Of a DNA stretch of 64,000 nucleotides, positions 49,714-61,465 are shown piece by piece; position 1 is the stretch's first letter, and each line of letters starts with the position of its first letter. Both the position numbers and the translations under genes were made by a program. The stretch comes from an uncultured Chromatiaceae bacterium. Lineage in GTDB: Bacteria > Pseudomonadota > Gammaproteobacteria > SZUA-140. The DNA lies in NCBI GenBank assembly GCA_964605155.1, contig CAZSAK010000016.1, forward strand, positions 2,935 to 66,934. Direction: 5' to 3'. Under the pieces are notes generated by a model, which saw only the letters and a list, made by a program, of their open reading frames with translations, had not been told where the DNA came from and made no database searches.

Positions 49714-50125
49714 GCCGCGTCGCTCAGCTATCCTCACAGGGTTTATTATCCTGACCCACGGTCTTGCGCTTGCCTGCCTGTTGGTGTCCCTGCCGCTCTG
49801 GGTGGGTGCATTGGCTGCAATCGGAGTCGTATACAGTCTTGTTTATACGCTCAATCGCCATGCGCTGATGACGGCCGATGATGCTATTACAGAACTAGCC
49901 TGGGAAGGTAATGGCGATTGGTTATTGGTATTACGAAATGGGATGCGAATCAGTGCACAATTACTGCGGTCAGCCTACCTGCATGCCGGACTGGTGGTAT
50001 TGAACTTTGTCCTGAACGGGCGTAATCGATCTATCATATTGTTACCGGATACACTGGATCCCGATACTTTCAGGCGGCTGAGGGTACGTTTACAACTGCA
50101 TCATTACAAGGTTACCGATCAGTAA
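49676..50125 (+). CDS. YgfX/CptA-like inner-membrane protein (DUF1434), overlapping the sdhE 3' end.
   Basis: Two TM helices (ILTGFIILTHGLALACLLVSLPLWVGALAAIGVVYSLVY) then a soluble domain. The start is uncertain (ATG 49676, or TTG/GTG about 49774). Confidence 0.6.
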   Translation: MSSQESAPTLLIRPRRSAILTGFIILTHGLALACLLVSLPLWVGALAAIGVVYSLVYTLNRHALMTADDAITELAWEGNGDWLLVLRNGMRISAQLLRSAYLHAGLVVLNFVLNGRNRSIILLPDTLDPDTFRRLRVRLQLHHYKVTDQ

Positions 50126-50137
50126 TCGCCCGTCTAT

Positions 50138-51781
50138 TTATGCAGATTGGCGTTCTACTGCCCATCTTCCGGCAAGATAGTTAGCGGGCATAAGGATGGT
50201 GTTTGTCGCGGGTTGCCGTTGATCCGGTTCTGGATAATCCAGTGTGTAATGCAGACCCCGACTCTCCTTGCGTTGTATGGCGCTGCGTATGATCAAGTCC
50301 GCGACAATGACCAGATTGCGTAATTCAATCAGATCGCTCGTGACCCTGAAGTTACTGTAATACTCCGCAATTTCCTGTAATAACAGATCCGTGCGATGTT
50401 TTGCCCGTTGCAACCTTTTATTCGTTCGTACGATGCCGACATAGTCCCACATAAAACGACGCAGTTCGTCCCAGTTATGGGTAACGACCACTTCTTCATC
50501 GGAATCCGTTACGCGGCTTTCATCCCATGGTGGCAATTCACCTGGTAGCGGGTAATTCTGTAATTGATGCAGAATATCAAGACTGGCGGATTCGGCGAAC
50601 ACAATACATTCCAGCAGGGAATTACTGGCCATCCTGTTCGCGCCATGCAGCCCGGTAAAGGCCATTTCGCCGACGGCATAGAGACCTTCAATATCCGTGC
50701 GGCCGTGGATATCGGTCATCACTCCGCCACACAGATAATGAGCCGCGGGTACCACGGGGATGGGTTTTTTGGTGATGTCATAACCAAATTCCAGACAACG
50801 TTTATAGACATTGGGAAAATGCTGCCTGATAAAATCAGCAGGCTTATGACTGATATCGAGATAAACACATTTCTCGCCCAGCCGTTTCATCTCATGATCG
50901 ATGGCGCGGGCGACAATATCCCGAGGGGCCAACTCCCCGCGTGTATCGAATGACTTCATGAAGGGGATGCCATCCGGTAACAGCAGTTTACCGCCTTCAC
51001 CCCGCACCGCTTCTGTAATCAGAAATGATTTGGCCTGAGGATGGTACAGACAGGTCGGATGGAACTGGATAAATTCCATATTAGCGACACGACATCCCGC
51101 CCGCCAGGCCATGGCAATACCGTCGCCGTTTGCAACATCGGGATTACTGGTATAAAGATAGACCTTGCCGGCACCACCGGTCGCGAGGATAACATGTCGG
51201 GCGCTGAACACATCGACCTTGTGCAAGCCCTGGTCGAGAACATAGGCGCCCAGGCAGCGATTAACGTTAAAACCCATCTTGTTTCCAGTAATCAAATCGA
51301 TAGCGATATGATTTTCGAATATGTCTATATTGGTATGTTCACGTGCCTGTTGTGCCAAGGTTTTTTCGATAGCTCTGCCAGTGGCATCGGCGGAGTGGAT
51401 GATACGCCGGTGGCTGTGTCCGCCTTCGCGGGTAAGATGGAATTCATTGCCGCCGTTGGCCTGCAGATCGCGGGTAAAGGGTACCCCGTGATCGATCAGC
51501 CATTGGGCGCACGTCCTGGCGTGGTTGACGGTGTAGGTTACGACGTCACTGTCGCATAGACCGGCACCGGCATTCAGGGTATCCTCGATATGTGATTCGA
51601 TGGAATCATGCTTGTCTAGCGCTACCGAAATTCCTCCCTGGGCGTATAATGTCGAACTTTCCGTCAGGGAAGTCTTTGAAATCAGGGCGATATGCGCATG
51701 GTCGGCAAGGCGCAGGGCCAGGCACAGTCCTGCTGCGCCGCTACCGACAATCAGGACATCATGATGGTACTGGATACTCAT
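50138..51781 (-). CDS. nadB: L-aspartate oxidase.
   Basis: [15 protein letters not shown] motif. Fumarate-reductase/succinate-DH flavoprotein fold. Divergent from rpoE as in E. coli. Confidence 0.9.
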   Translation of the reverse strand: MSIQYHHDVLIVGSGAAGLCLALRLADHAHIALISKTSLTESSTLYAQGGISVALDKHDSIESHIEDTLNAGAGLCDSDVVTYTVNHARTCAQWLIDHGVPFTRDLQANGGNEFHLTREGGHSHRRIIHSADATGRAIEKTLAQQAREHTNIDIFENHIAIDLITGNKMGFNVNRCLGAYVLDQGLHKVDVFSARHVILATGGAGKVYLYTSNPDVANGDGIAMAWRAGCRVANMEFIQFHPTCLYHPQAKSFLITEAVRGEGGKLLLPDGIPFMKSFDTRGELAPRDIVARAIDHEMKRLGEKCVYLDISHKPADFIRQHFPNVYKRCLEFGYDITKKPIPVVPAAHYLCGGVMTDIHGRTDIEGLYAVGEMAFTGLHGANRMASNSLLECIVFAESASLDILHQLQNYPLPGELPPWDESRVTDSDEEVVVTHNWDELRRFMWDYVGIVRTNKRLQRAKHRTDLLLQEIAEYYSNFRVTSDLIELRNLVIVADLIIRSAIQRKESRGLHYTLDYPEPDQRQPATNTILMPANYLAGRWAVERQSA

Positions 51782-51981
51782 ATAGTGTGTGTCCTATAAC
51801 AGCACGTATTTATTTGATAATTTACGGTCTTAAACACCGCGTTATCGAGAGTATTGCTAGAGGCGCGCTAAATAGTTATATATAATCGTAAAAAGGCTAA
51901 AATCGCTGAACTTTACCAACTATATATTGTCTATGAATATTAGCAAAGGGATTTGCTCCCTTGCGAGAGGGGTTTGCCCGG

Positions 51982-52557
51982 ATGGGCGAGAGTAATGTCG
52001 ATCAGCATCTTGTTGAACGTGTACAAAAGGGTGATAAACAGGCATTTGATGTCCTTGTACGTAAATATCAACATAAACTGGTAAAACTGATCTTGCGTTA
52101 TGTTCATGATCCTGATGAAGTTATGGACGTCGCCCAGGAAGCCTTTATCAAGGCCTACCGTGCTCTCCCCGGATTTCGCGGAGACAGTGCGTTCTATACC
52201 TGGCTATACAGAATTGCCATCAATACGGCCAAGAATCACCTTATATCGCAAGGACGCCGGCCGCCCGACGAGGATATTAATGTCGAGGATGCTGAACAAA
52301 TGGAGGCAGATTCTGGTCTAAAGGAATATGCGACACCGGAGCATCTGCTCGCCAAGGATCAGGTTGAGGCAACGGTGTATGAGGCGATAGAAAACCTGCC
52401 TGATGATTTACGGACCGCGATAACATTACGTGAATTAGAAGGCCTGAGTTATGAGGAGATAGCTGAAGCGATGGGTTGTCCTGTTGGAACTGTACGTTCC
52501 AGGATTTTCAGGGCAAGAGAAGTCATTAACAACAAGCTTAAACCGTTTTTGGATTAA
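51982..52557 (+). CDS. rpoE: ECF sigma factor sigma-E (RpoE/AlgU).
   Basis: LVERVQKGDKQAFDVLVRKYQHKL...; sigma-70 regions 2 and 4. Confidence 0.9.
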   Translation: MGESNVDQHLVERVQKGDKQAFDVLVRKYQHKLVKLILRYVHDPDEVMDVAQEAFIKAYRALPGFRGDSAFYTWLYRIAINTAKNHLISQGRRPPDEDINVEDAEQMEADSGLKEYATPEHLLAKDQVEATVYEAIENLPDDLRTAITLRELEGLSYEEIAEAMGCPVGTVRSRIFRAREVINNKLKPFLD

Positions 52558-52583
52558 GGTTGGCTTAGAAAGTGGTGGAAGAT

Positions 52584-53228
52584 ATGAGCAAGAATTCAGC
52601 TGAAGAAGTATCCATGTTGATGGATGACGAGGTCGATGAGTTTAGCAGGGTTCGTATCGTTAACAGATTGCGAGATGATGCCTACATGAAGTCCTGTTGG
52701 GAGCGTTACCATCTCATTGGCGAAGCCTTGCGTAACAACCTCCCTGATGTAATCAATCCAGACCTTCCTGATCGAATAGCCAACTTCCTGCGTAACGAGC
52801 CCGACCACCATACTGAAACGCCCCGATCCACGACTGCCGCACGACCCCGCAAGGCAATGACCGGCATGGCGCTCGCTGCATCCCTCGCTGTTGTGGCGGT
52901 GGTCGGACTGCTCCAGATAACCAGGCAGGATGAATCACCTCTTCAGCAGGTAGCGACGACGCAGGATAACACCACTCTTCCATCACCCAATGTGGAGCTC
53001 GCAACGACGTCCCAGGAACAGACCGTGGCTTCACTGCCAGTTACGAGACAACCGGTCACGAGACAAACCGTGGATTTTCGAATCAAACAGGCTGAAACAA
53101 ATCGCCAGGTTGTGGACACAACCCTGTATGATTATTTGATGCATCATAACGAGTATACCGCCACGATGCCGGTGCAGGCAGGCATGATTCCCTATGCCAG
53201 GGTGGTCGGCTACGCCTCGGATGAATGA
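52584..53228 (+). CDS. rseA: Anti-sigma-E factor RseA/MucA.
   Basis: N-terminal RseA anti-sigma domain (LMDDEVDEF...WERYHLIGEALR), TM helix and periplasmic tail. Confidence 0.8.
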   Translation: MSKNSAEEVSMLMDDEVDEFSRVRIVNRLRDDAYMKSCWERYHLIGEALRNNLPDVINPDLPDRIANFLRNEPDHHTETPRSTTAARPRKAMTGMALAASLAVVAVVGLLQITRQDESPLQQVATTQDNTTLPSPNVELATTSQEQTVASLPVTRQPVTRQTVDFRIKQAETNRQVVDTTLYDYLMHHNEYTATMPVQAGMIPYARVVGYASDE

Positions 53229-53472
53229 TGTCAAAGTGAATTTCGACAATTGAAGCAGGGGATAACCGGTACGTATTAGACAATACCGCGTTTATTTTAT
53301 CTCCTTTCATGAAATAGATAAGTTATTCGCGTTGGATCCCCCTTTAGTGGTGAGCTTCATTCATGATAATAATCATCGACAAGCCATATCCCCCCCGCCA
53401 TGCCTGCTCGCGTTCCGTGACGTATCAAGGCTCAAATAAAATACGTCGCATTTGCGAACCAGTAAGTTCGAA

Positions 53473-54468
53473 ATGATGTTTAAACCCCTGTCCCGAATCA
53501 TCCCGATCATACTTCTTGCCGTCACATCCAGTATAGCGTATGCATCAGAAAACAAGGATGATGCGGCTTCCTGGCTGATCAGGATGTCCCAGGCGATGAA
53601 TACGAAAAGTTACAGTGGAACTTTCGTGTATCAGAGCCTTGGTTTGCCGATGGTGGCAATGAAGATCCTGAGGGTGAATGATGAAAATGGCCCTCGCGAG
53701 CGGTTGATACTGCTGAACGGAGGACAGGGAGAGGTCATTCGGAACCATGATGGCGTAACCTGCAAGTTACCAAACTCGAATCCTATGGTGATGAACAGAC
53801 GAGGACCAAAAAAAGTCTTTCCTCCGAGGAATATCAATGTATTTAAACAGGCATCAGGCCTGTATTTACTATCGATGAAACCGGCACACCAGGTTGCAGG
53901 AAGACACGCGCGACTGATCGAGATTATCCCGACGGATAATCTACGCTATGGATATCGTGTCTGGCTGGATAAAGAAACCGGGCTGTTGTTGAGATCACAG
54001 TTAATTGGTACGTCAGGCAAGATACTGGAACAATTAATGTACACATCCATTGACGTTTACGACGACGCACCGGATATACTTAACCGGGAAATACCTGTAC
54101 AGGTGGTCGCGGATGATCGAGATAAATCTATCGAATTTTCCAAACCTATTGATGGTGACGCTCATACATGGCAGGTTAATAACCTTCCTAAAGGGTTTGA
54201 GCTGGCGGAACGTAACAAGGAATCATTTCAAAAACACAAGCAGTTCGAGCATCTGGTTTATACCGACGGGCTCGCATCAGTTTCTGTATTCATTGAAAAA
54301 GGGAACGATCAACCGTCATTTATTGGAGAATCGCATATGGGTGGGATAACAGCATACAGCAGCGTGGTGGATAAGCATCGTGTAACAGTTGTCGGAGAGG
54401 TCCCAATCGAAACATTGAAGATGATGAGCAGCGCTGTCAGTTACACAGCGGCTGATTTGCGCAGATGA
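53473..54468 (+). CDS. rseB: Sigma-E regulatory protein RseB/MucB.
   Basis: Signal peptide. MucB/RseB family order and length. Confidence 0.8.
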   Translation: MMFKPLSRIIPIILLAVTSSIAYASENKDDAASWLIRMSQAMNTKSYSGTFVYQSLGLPMVAMKILRVNDENGPRERLILLNGGQGEVIRNHDGVTCKLPNSNPMVMNRRGPKKVFPPRNINVFKQASGLYLLSMKPAHQVAGRHARLIEIIPTDNLRYGYRVWLDKETGLLLRSQLIGTSGKILEQLMYTSIDVYDDAPDILNREIPVQVVADDRDKSIEFSKPIDGDAHTWQVNNLPKGFELAERNKESFQKHKQFEHLVYTDGLASVSVFIEKGNDQPSFIGESHMGGITAYSSVVDKHRVTVVGEVPIETLKMMSSAVSYTAADLRR

Positions 54469-54950
54469 TCGAGGAAAAAGGCAAGATAATAGACGTTCAG
54501 GATGATATGGCGTTGGTTGAAATTCAGCGTAAATCGGTATGTCATACATGTTCGTTGAACAAGGGATGCGGAACGGGTGTGATTTCCAGTATGATCGGGA
54601 ACAAGAGATTCCGGTTTTCCGTGTATAATTCCATAAATGCAGCTGTCGGAGATAACGTCACTATTGGAATCGAGGACGACCTGTTATTAAAAAGTTCGTT
54701 TGCAGTGTATATTACACCGTTGTTACTGATGTTTATCGGTGCCTGGTCGGGAACTTATGTGGCCAATCTGTTCACGATGGCATCTTCGGAAGGAATATCG
54801 GTGATATTCGGCATGTTGGGCCTGGCTTTAGGTTTTGTATGGTTGAAACGCTATTCAGAGAAAATCAGGAATGATGATCGCTATCGCCCTATCTTATTGG
54901 GATGCCGGCCTGATATTGATGTTATAGCCCCGCCAAATTCCGTTAATTAA
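54465..54950 (+). CDS. rseC: RseC/MucC (SoxR-reducing system) family protein.
   Basis: N-terminal Cys cluster (CHTCSLNKGCG) and two C-terminal TMs. Confidence 0.75.
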   Translation: MIEEKGKIIDVQDDMALVEIQRKSVCHTCSLNKGCGTGVISSMIGNKRFRFSVYNSINAAVGDNVTIGIEDDLLLKSSFAVYITPLLLMFIGAWSGTYVANLFTMASSEGISVIFGMLGLALGFVWLKRYSEKIRNDDRYRPILLGCRPDIDVIAPPNSVN

Positions 54951-54984
54951 TAATTCAATATTTTTCTGTTTATCAGGAGTAATC

Positions 54985-56418
54985 ATGAGTCATTTTGTCA
55001 AGGTGAAACCTTTATTTTTTGTTGCTACCGTATTCTTGTTTTTTGGGACGTTCAATGCGGATGTCAGGGCTGCAGTCAGTGGATTACCCAACTTTACCTC
55101 TCTTATTGAGCAGAGCAGTGCGGCCGTTGTAAATATCAGTACTACACAAAAAATCAAGCGGAGTCAGGGTATGTCACCACATGGCGGAATGCCGGATACT
55201 CCATTTGATGATTTTTTCAGGCGGTTTTTTGGTGATGAAGGCGACGACCTGAGAGAATATGATGTCAATTCACTTGGGTCGGGTTTTATCATTTCCAAGG
55301 ATGGCTATGTATTGACCAATTATCATGTCATCAAGGATGCAGATGAAATCATTGTCCGTCTAAGTGACAGGCGCGAACTTGTTGCCGAAGTTATCGGTTC
55401 GGACAAGCGTAGCGATATTGCCTTGCTAAAAATCGACGCCGACAATGATTTGCCCGTCGCAAAAATCGGCAGATCGAAGGATCTGAAAGTCGGCGAATGG
55501 GTGCTGGCAATCGGATCCCCATTCGGTTTCGACCATACCGCAACCGCCGGTATCGTCAGCGCCAAGGAACGCAATCTGCCGAATGAAAATTACGTACCTT
55601 TTATCCAGACTGATGTTGCGATAAATCCCGGAAATTCCGGTGGGCCCTTGTATTCCATGGATGGCGAGGTTGTTGGAGTTAACTCACAGATATACAGCCG
55701 TACCGGTGGATTTATGGGCTTATCATTCGCGATTCCCATTGATGTTGCAATGAACGTTGTCGAACAACTTAAAAAGACGGGTTCGGTTACCCGTGGGTGG
55801 TTAGGCATACTTATTCAGGATGTCACTCGCGAGCTGGCCGAATCATTTGATATGCCTAAACCAACAGGAGCACTGGTGGCGAGGGTATTGCCCGACAGCC
55901 CCGCAAGTGATGCGGGTATCCAGGTCGGGGATATCATTGTGGAATTCAATGGTAAGGAAGTGATCAGTTCATCGAATCTTCCGCCTATGGTCGGTATTAT
56001 CGATGTTGGAGACAAGGTGAATGTCAAGATCATCCGTGACGGGAAGACCATTACCAAGACCGTCAAGATCGGTGAACTGCCGCAGGAAGATGAGCTCGCC
56101 TTTGCCGGAGGCGATGAAGGCAAGAATGTCAGGGTAAAGCGGCTTGAGATTATGGTTTCCGACCTTGATGACGAGCAGAAAGACCAGTTGGAAGATGACA
56201 AATCCGGAGTCTACGTTGATGATGTCGCGAACGGTCCTGCATCCATGGCCGGACTGCGCAAGGGGGACATCATATTGATGATTGATAATAAAGATGTCAA
56301 GGATACCAAGGAATTCAAGGATCTCGTCGACGACCTTCCGGCAGATAAATCGGTGCCGTTACTGATACAACGGCGTGGAGGCCCGATATTCCTCGCGCTC
56401 AAAATCACAGAAGATTGA
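54985..56418 (+). CDS. Periplasmic serine endoprotease DegP/DegQ/MucD (HtrA family).
   Basis: Signal peptide. Trypsin-like catalytic H, D and GNSGGPL. Two PDZ domains. Confidence 0.9.
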   Translation: MSHFVKVKPLFFVATVFLFFGTFNADVRAAVSGLPNFTSLIEQSSAAVVNISTTQKIKRSQGMSPHGGMPDTPFDDFFRRFFGDEGDDLREYDVNSLGSGFIISKDGYVLTNYHVIKDADEIIVRLSDRRELVAEVIGSDKRSDIALLKIDADNDLPVAKIGRSKDLKVGEWVLAIGSPFGFDHTATAGIVSAKERNLPNENYVPFIQTDVAINPGNSGGPLYSMDGEVVGVNSQIYSRTGGFMGLSFAIPIDVAMNVVEQLKKTGSVTRGWLGILIQDVTRELAESFDMPKPTGALVARVLPDSPASDAGIQVGDIIVEFNGKEVISSSNLPPMVGIIDVGDKVNVKIIRDGKTITKTVKIGELPQEDELAFAGGDEGKNVRVKRLEIMVSDLDDEQKDQLEDDKSGVYVDDVANGPASMAGLRKGDIILMIDNKDVKDTKEFKDLVDDLPADKSVPLLIQRRGGPIFLALKITED

Positions 56419-56534
56419 TCTGGCCTGTATTTATACGCATACACAATTTATAAATCAGGTGTTTACTACAGAAGGGGGATTGTACAATCCCCCTTTTAAT
56501 ATTTTTGGGGTCCCGTATACATCATAATCAACAC

Positions 56535-58331
56535 ATGAAGAACATCAGGAATTTTTCAATCATTGCTCATATAGATCACGGAAAATCAACACTTGCAGAT
56601 CGATTGATTCAGATATGTGGCGGACTCAGCGAGCGTGAAATGTCTGAGCAGGTATTGGATTCGATGGATCTCGAAAGGGAGAGGGGAATTACAATCAAGG
56701 CACAGAGTGTTTCGCTCAATTATCAAGGCAGTGACGGTAACCAGTATCTGCTTAACTTTATTGATACACCGGGTCATGTTGATTTTTCCTATGAAGTATC
56801 TCGATCCCTGTCTGCATGCGAGGGCGCATTACTGGTTATAGATGCCTCACAGGGTGTCGAAGCGCAAACAGTGGCGAATTGCTACACCGCAATCGAACAG
56901 GGGCTGGTGGTAGTTCCTGTCCTGAATAAAATAGATCTCCCGACAGCAGAGCCGCAGAGAGTAGTTACAGACATTGAAGAGATCATCGGTATCGAAGCCC
57001 ACGATGCCGTGTGCGTCAGCGCAAAAACCGGCGCAGGTGTGGAACAATTACTCGAAGAGATTATTTTCAGGATTCCGCCTCCAGACATCGACACGGATGC
57101 CCCGCTGCAGGCCCTTATTATAGATTCATGGTTTGATAATTATCTCGGAGTCATCTCACTTGTCAGAATCATGAAGGGGACTCTTAAGGTAGGACAGAAA
57201 GTCACGGTGATGTCGACAGGAAGAAGTTATCAGGTTGACAAATTGGGGATCTATACACCAAAACCTCGTGACATGGTGTCATTAAACTCGGGAGAAGTTG
57301 GTTACATTAATGCCGGTATCAAGGATGTGGAAGGGGCGCCGGTCGGAGATACCCTGACACTGACAGACCGTCCGGCAGTAAAGCCATTACCGGGATTCAA
57401 GGCGGTGAAACCACAGGTATTTGCCGGGTTGTTTCCGGTAAATGCCGCCGATTACGAATTATTGCGCAATGCGCTGGCTAAGCTACGCCTCAATGATGCA
57501 GCGTTGTTTTATGAGCCCGAAACATCCCAGGCACTTGGTTTTGGATTTCGCTGTGGTTTTCTGGGCATGCTGCACATGGAAATTGTGCAGGAGCGTCTGG
57601 AGCGTGAATACGATCTTAACCTGATTACCACCGCGCCCACTGTTATATATGAAATCCTGAATGCGAGCGGTGAGATTCTGTATGTAGATAATCCATCCAA
57701 ACTCCCGGAATCCGGGCAGATTGCGGAAATACGTGAGCCTATTATTCGCGTCGACATACTGGTTCCGCAAACTTATTTAGGCGCGATAATGACGCTTTGT
57801 ATCGAGAAACGGGGCGTCCAGAAAAAGATTCAATATCACGGAAATCATGTCGTAATATCCTTTGAGTTACCCATGAACGAGATTGTCCTGGATTTCTATG
57901 ATCGTCTGAAGTCAGTGAGCCGTGGTTATGCATCCATGGATTATGCATTTCAACGTTACCAGGTCGCGCGGCTGGTAAAACTGGATTTATTGATAAATGG
58001 TGAGCGCGTGGATGCCCTTTCGGTCATCGTCCATCAGGATCGTGCCCATTATCGGGGCAGGGAACTGGCGGAGAAAATGCGGGAACTGATTCCTCGCCAG
58101 ATGTATGATGTTGCAATCCAGGCCGCTGTCGGATCTCATATCATCGCGCGTGAGACTGTCAAGGCACTGCGTAAAAATGTTACGGCAAAGTGTTACGGCG
58201 GTGATATTACTCGCAAGAAGAAGCTTCTGGAAAAGCAAAAAGCAGGCAAGAAACGGATGAAACAACTGGGCAATGTTGAGGTCCCCCAGGAGGCGTTTCT
58301 TGCTGTACTACAAACAGGGAAAAAAAGATGA
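56535..58331 (+). CDS. lepA: Elongation factor 4 (LepA).
   Basis: [27 protein letters not shown] and the LepA C-terminal domain. Confidence 0.9.
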   Translation: MKNIRNFSIIAHIDHGKSTLADRLIQICGGLSEREMSEQVLDSMDLERERGITIKAQSVSLNYQGSDGNQYLLNFIDTPGHVDFSYEVSRSLSACEGALLVIDASQGVEAQTVANCYTAIEQGLVVVPVLNKIDLPTAEPQRVVTDIEEIIGIEAHDAVCVSAKTGAGVEQLLEEIIFRIPPPDIDTDAPLQALIIDSWFDNYLGVISLVRIMKGTLKVGQKVTVMSTGRSYQVDKLGIYTPKPRDMVSLNSGEVGYINAGIKDVEGAPVGDTLTLTDRPAVKPLPGFKAVKPQVFAGLFPVNAADYELLRNALAKLRLNDAALFYEPETSQALGFGFRCGFLGMLHMEIVQERLEREYDLNLITTAPTVIYEILNASGEILYVDNPSKLPESGQIAEIREPIIRVDILVPQTYLGAIMTLCIEKRGVQKKIQYHGNHVVISFELPMNEIVLDFYDRLKSVSRGYASMDYAFQRYQVARLVKLDLLINGERVDALSVIVHQDRAHYRGRELAEKMRELIPRQMYDVAIQAAVGSHIIARETVKALRKNVTAKCYGGDITRKKKLLEKQKAGKKRMKQLGNVEVPQEAFLAVLQTGKKR

Positions 58332-59155
58332 ATTTTGATTTTCAGGCAATAATGGCTCTGGCGCTGCTGGCGTCAGGTGTGATATGGGCGCTGGATGTTT
58401 TTTTGTGGGCACCGCGAAGAAAAGACGCAGCTGAAAAACTCAAGCAGCAAAAAGAGAAAGTCGATGAGGAAACTATCGCCAACACCTTGAAAGAGTCTGT
58501 GCTGGTTGAATATGCCAGATCATTTTTTCCTATTATATTGATCGTCCTGTTATTACGTTCATTTCTGATTGAACCTTTCCGTATACCGTCAGGATCGATG
58601 ATCCCGACATTGCATGTGGGTGATTTTATCCTGGTTAACAAATATTCATATGGTATCAGGCTGCCGTTGTTCGGTAGCAAAATAGTAGATATCGGCGAAC
58701 CGAAACGTGGTGACATAGTCGTTTTCAGGTTTCCCGAGGATCCATCGATAGACTATATCAAGCGCGTGATCGGACTGCCCGGAGATCGTATCTCCTATAT
58801 TGACAAGACTGTCTATATAAACGGCAAACCGGCACGACAGGAGCCGTTGGGTATGTATACAGGGATGGGATCCAGCCGCAAGATGTCCGGTGCAAATTTG
58901 CGTATTGAGCATCTGGACGGCGTTGATCATCAGATCCTGATACAGCTGATGAGAAGATCAATGGACGGTGAGTATGAAGTGCCCCCGGGTCACTATTTTG
59001 TAATGGGGGATAATCGCGATAACAGTAATGACAGCCGGTTTTGGGGGACTGTCCCGGAGGAGAATTTAATTGGTAAAGCCTTTATGATATGGATGAACTG
59101 GGATTCGGCCAAGGGCGGCATTACGTGGGATCGGATAGGCTCGGAGATCAAATAA
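58328..59155 (+). CDS. lepB: Signal peptidase I.
   Basis: SGSMIPTL (catalytic Ser), KRVIGLPGD (catalytic Lys) and [11 protein letters not shown] box E. Confidence 0.9.
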   Translation: MNFDFQAIMALALLASGVIWALDVFLWAPRRKDAAEKLKQQKEKVDEETIANTLKESVLVEYARSFFPIILIVLLLRSFLIEPFRIPSGSMIPTLHVGDFILVNKYSYGIRLPLFGSKIVDIGEPKRGDIVVFRFPEDPSIDYIKRVIGLPGDRISYIDKTVYINGKPARQEPLGMYTGMGSSRKMSGANLRIEHLDGVDHQILIQLMRRSMDGEYEVPPGHYFVMGDNRDNSNDSRFWGTVPEENLIGKAFMIWMNWDSAKGGITWDRIGSEIK

Positions 59156-59408
59156 GAACTACAGATCAGACTGGAATAAAATCTGGATTCAATGATGAGC
59201 TGTGTAATGGGGAATATCAAGCAGCTTCGGAACTGAATCCTGCCGGATCAAGATACGGGAATCGGATATAGCAATATAATCCGGAGATATCTGTTGTAGT
59301 CGTGATCTGAATTTAACAGGGGATAATGCTTTAATATTTTTGCATGTCGAATACAGGATCGTGTTTATTGTTTGGAGATTCTCTTATCTTGAAACAGAGG
59401 AGACCAGG

Positions 59409-59786
59409 ATGAAAGAACAGAAGATATATCAAGGAGGCTTTTCGGCGATAGGCTTTATCGTTATTTTATTAATTATCGTCTTTATTACCATGACCGCATT
59501 AAAGCTTGCGCCGATCTATTATGAGAATTTCAAGGTTAATTCCGTCATCAAATCCCTGGATGAAGAACAGGGCATCACTGAAATGTCTCACCTGGAGATA
59601 AATACAATCATCTCGAAACGATTCAGGATCGATAATATCGATCGCGTTGAGCCGAAAGATATCAAGATTGCTTACGGTAAAAAAAAGCTCTTGATTAATG
59701 TGAATTATGAAATTCGAGAAAATTTTTTCGCTAATATAGATGTCGTTGTCGTCTTTAATGACAAGTATGAAATTACAGGCCGTTGA
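59409..59786 (+). CDS. DUF4845-family membrane-anchored protein (conserved between lepB and rnc).
   Basis: AGGAG SD. N-terminal TM (FSAIGFIVILLIIVFITMTALKLAPIYY). Conserved position. Confidence 0.65.
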   Translation: MKEQKIYQGGFSAIGFIVILLIIVFITMTALKLAPIYYENFKVNSVIKSLDEEQGITEMSHLEINTIISKRFRIDNIDRVEPKDIKIAYGKKKLLINVNYEIRENFFANIDVVVVFNDKYEITGR

Positions 59787-60472
59787 ACCCAGATCCAGCA
59801 AAACTGTCCGACAAACTCTTTTATCAATTTATCCGGATTGAATTGCTGGAGACTGCATTGACTCATCGCAGCGCCGGCAGCCCGAATAATGAACGCCTCG
59901 AGTATCTCGGTGACTCGGCATTAAACTTTATTATTGCAGATGCCTTGTACAAGCAATTTGTAACGGCCAGCGAAGGGAAATTAAGTCGAATCAGGGCAAA
60001 TCTGGTTAACGGTGATACGCTTGCCGGATTAGCACGGGGCCTGAACCTCGGTGATTTTCTCAGGCTTGGACCGGGTGAATTTAAAAGCGGCGGTTACCGC
60101 CGTGATTCCATTCTTGCCGGTGCGCTGGAGGCTGTTATTGGCGCAGTCTATCTGGATGGCGGGTTTGACCACTCCCGGCAACTGGTGATGAGGATTTTTC
60201 AAGATGTGCTGGATAGTATATCCCTGGAAATGGTCATCAAGGATCCGAAGACACGCTTGCAGGAATATCTACAATCAAAGAAATTGCAGTTGCCTGTGTA
60301 TAATATATTATCTACAAGCGGACATGATCATGATCAGATATTCAAGGTGGGATGTGTAATAGAAGGCTGGAGTACACCCTTTCTCGGAGAGGGTGGCAGC
60401 AGGCGTAAAGCAGAGCAGGATGCCGCTGACAAGGCATTGAAACTCATTATCCAGGAGGATAAGAAACAGTAA
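59783..60472 (+). CDS. rnc: Ribonuclease III.
   Basis: ALTHRSA...ERLEYLGDS signature. dsRBD at the C-terminus. Confidence 0.9.
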   Translation: MNPDPAKLSDKLFYQFIRIELLETALTHRSAGSPNNERLEYLGDSALNFIIADALYKQFVTASEGKLSRIRANLVNGDTLAGLARGLNLGDFLRLGPGEFKSGGYRRDSILAGALEAVIGAVYLDGGFDHSRQLVMRIFQDVLDSISLEMVIKDPKTRLQEYLQSKKLQLPVYNILSTSGHDHDQIFKVGCVIEGWSTPFLGEGGSRRKAEQDAADKALKLIIQEDKKQ

Positions 60473-60481
60473 CATTTAGAA

Positions 60482-61402
60482 ATGACCAGCAATGATGAAA
60501 CGATACCTGATGTAAAACTCAGCCATTGCGGATACGCAGCCATTATCGGCCGTCCGAATGTAGGCAAATCGACGTTGCTCAACAAGATTCTGGGTCAGAA
60601 AGTCACGATCGCTACACCCAAGCCTCAAACTACCCGTCATCAAATACTTGGTATAAAAAGCACACGGGACAGCCAGGTGATCTATGTCGATACACCCGGA
60701 CTGCACCGGAGTATAAAACGAACAATCAATCGTTATATGAATCGTGCGGCGATGAGCATCTTGAATGATGTAGATGTGATCATTTTTGTTATCGAGGGAC
60801 TGTCCTGGAGGAATGAGGATCAATATATCCTTGAAAAACTCGGATCTACCGGCATCCCCGTTATACTTGTCATAAACAAGATTGATAGAATAAAAGATAA
60901 GGAAATCCTGCTGCCCCACATCAAGGAGCTGTCAAAAAAGGCGGATTTTGCCGAAATTATTCCGGTTTCTGCAAAAAGCAGTGAGAATCTCCAGCATCTG
61001 GAGGAAGCGGTTACGAAACTTTTGCCCGTAGGCCAGGCGTTTTTCCCAATGAATCAGGTAACGGATCGCAGCGAACGATTCCTTGCAGCCGAGATCGTAC
61101 GTGAAAAACTGATGGCATGTTTGTCCAAGGAACTGCCCTATGCAGTAACCGTGGAAATCGTGAAATTCCTGTTTGAGAACGACGTCATGAATATAGATGC
61201 ACTGATATGGGTTGAGCGCGAGGCGCAAAAAGCCATTGTCATCGGCAGGCATGGAGATCATTTGAAAACGATCGGTATGCGGGCAAGGAAAGATATGGAG
61301 AAGATATTCGGTAAGAAGGTATTCCTGCAGTTGTGGGTCAAGGTCCGTAAGGGCTGGCTGGATGATGAACGGGCCTTGCGAAGCTTTGGCTATATGGAAT
61401 GA
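60482..61402 (+). CDS. era: GTPase Era.
   Basis: GRPNVGKST, DTPG, NKID and a KH domain. Confidence 0.9.
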   Translation: MTSNDETIPDVKLSHCGYAAIIGRPNVGKSTLLNKILGQKVTIATPKPQTTRHQILGIKSTRDSQVIYVDTPGLHRSIKRTINRYMNRAAMSILNDVDVIIFVIEGLSWRNEDQYILEKLGSTGIPVILVINKIDRIKDKEILLPHIKELSKKADFAEIIPVSAKSSENLQHLEEAVTKLLPVGQAFFPMNQVTDRSERFLAAEIVREKLMACLSKELPYAVTVEIVKFLFENDVMNIDALIWVEREAQKAIVIGRHGDHLKTIGMRARKDMEKIFGKKVFLQLWVKVRKGWLDDERALRSFGYME

Positions 61403-61465
61403 ATTTATGATGGATAGTGTTACAGGAACCCATACCGCTGATAACAAGGACGGTATGATCGTCCC

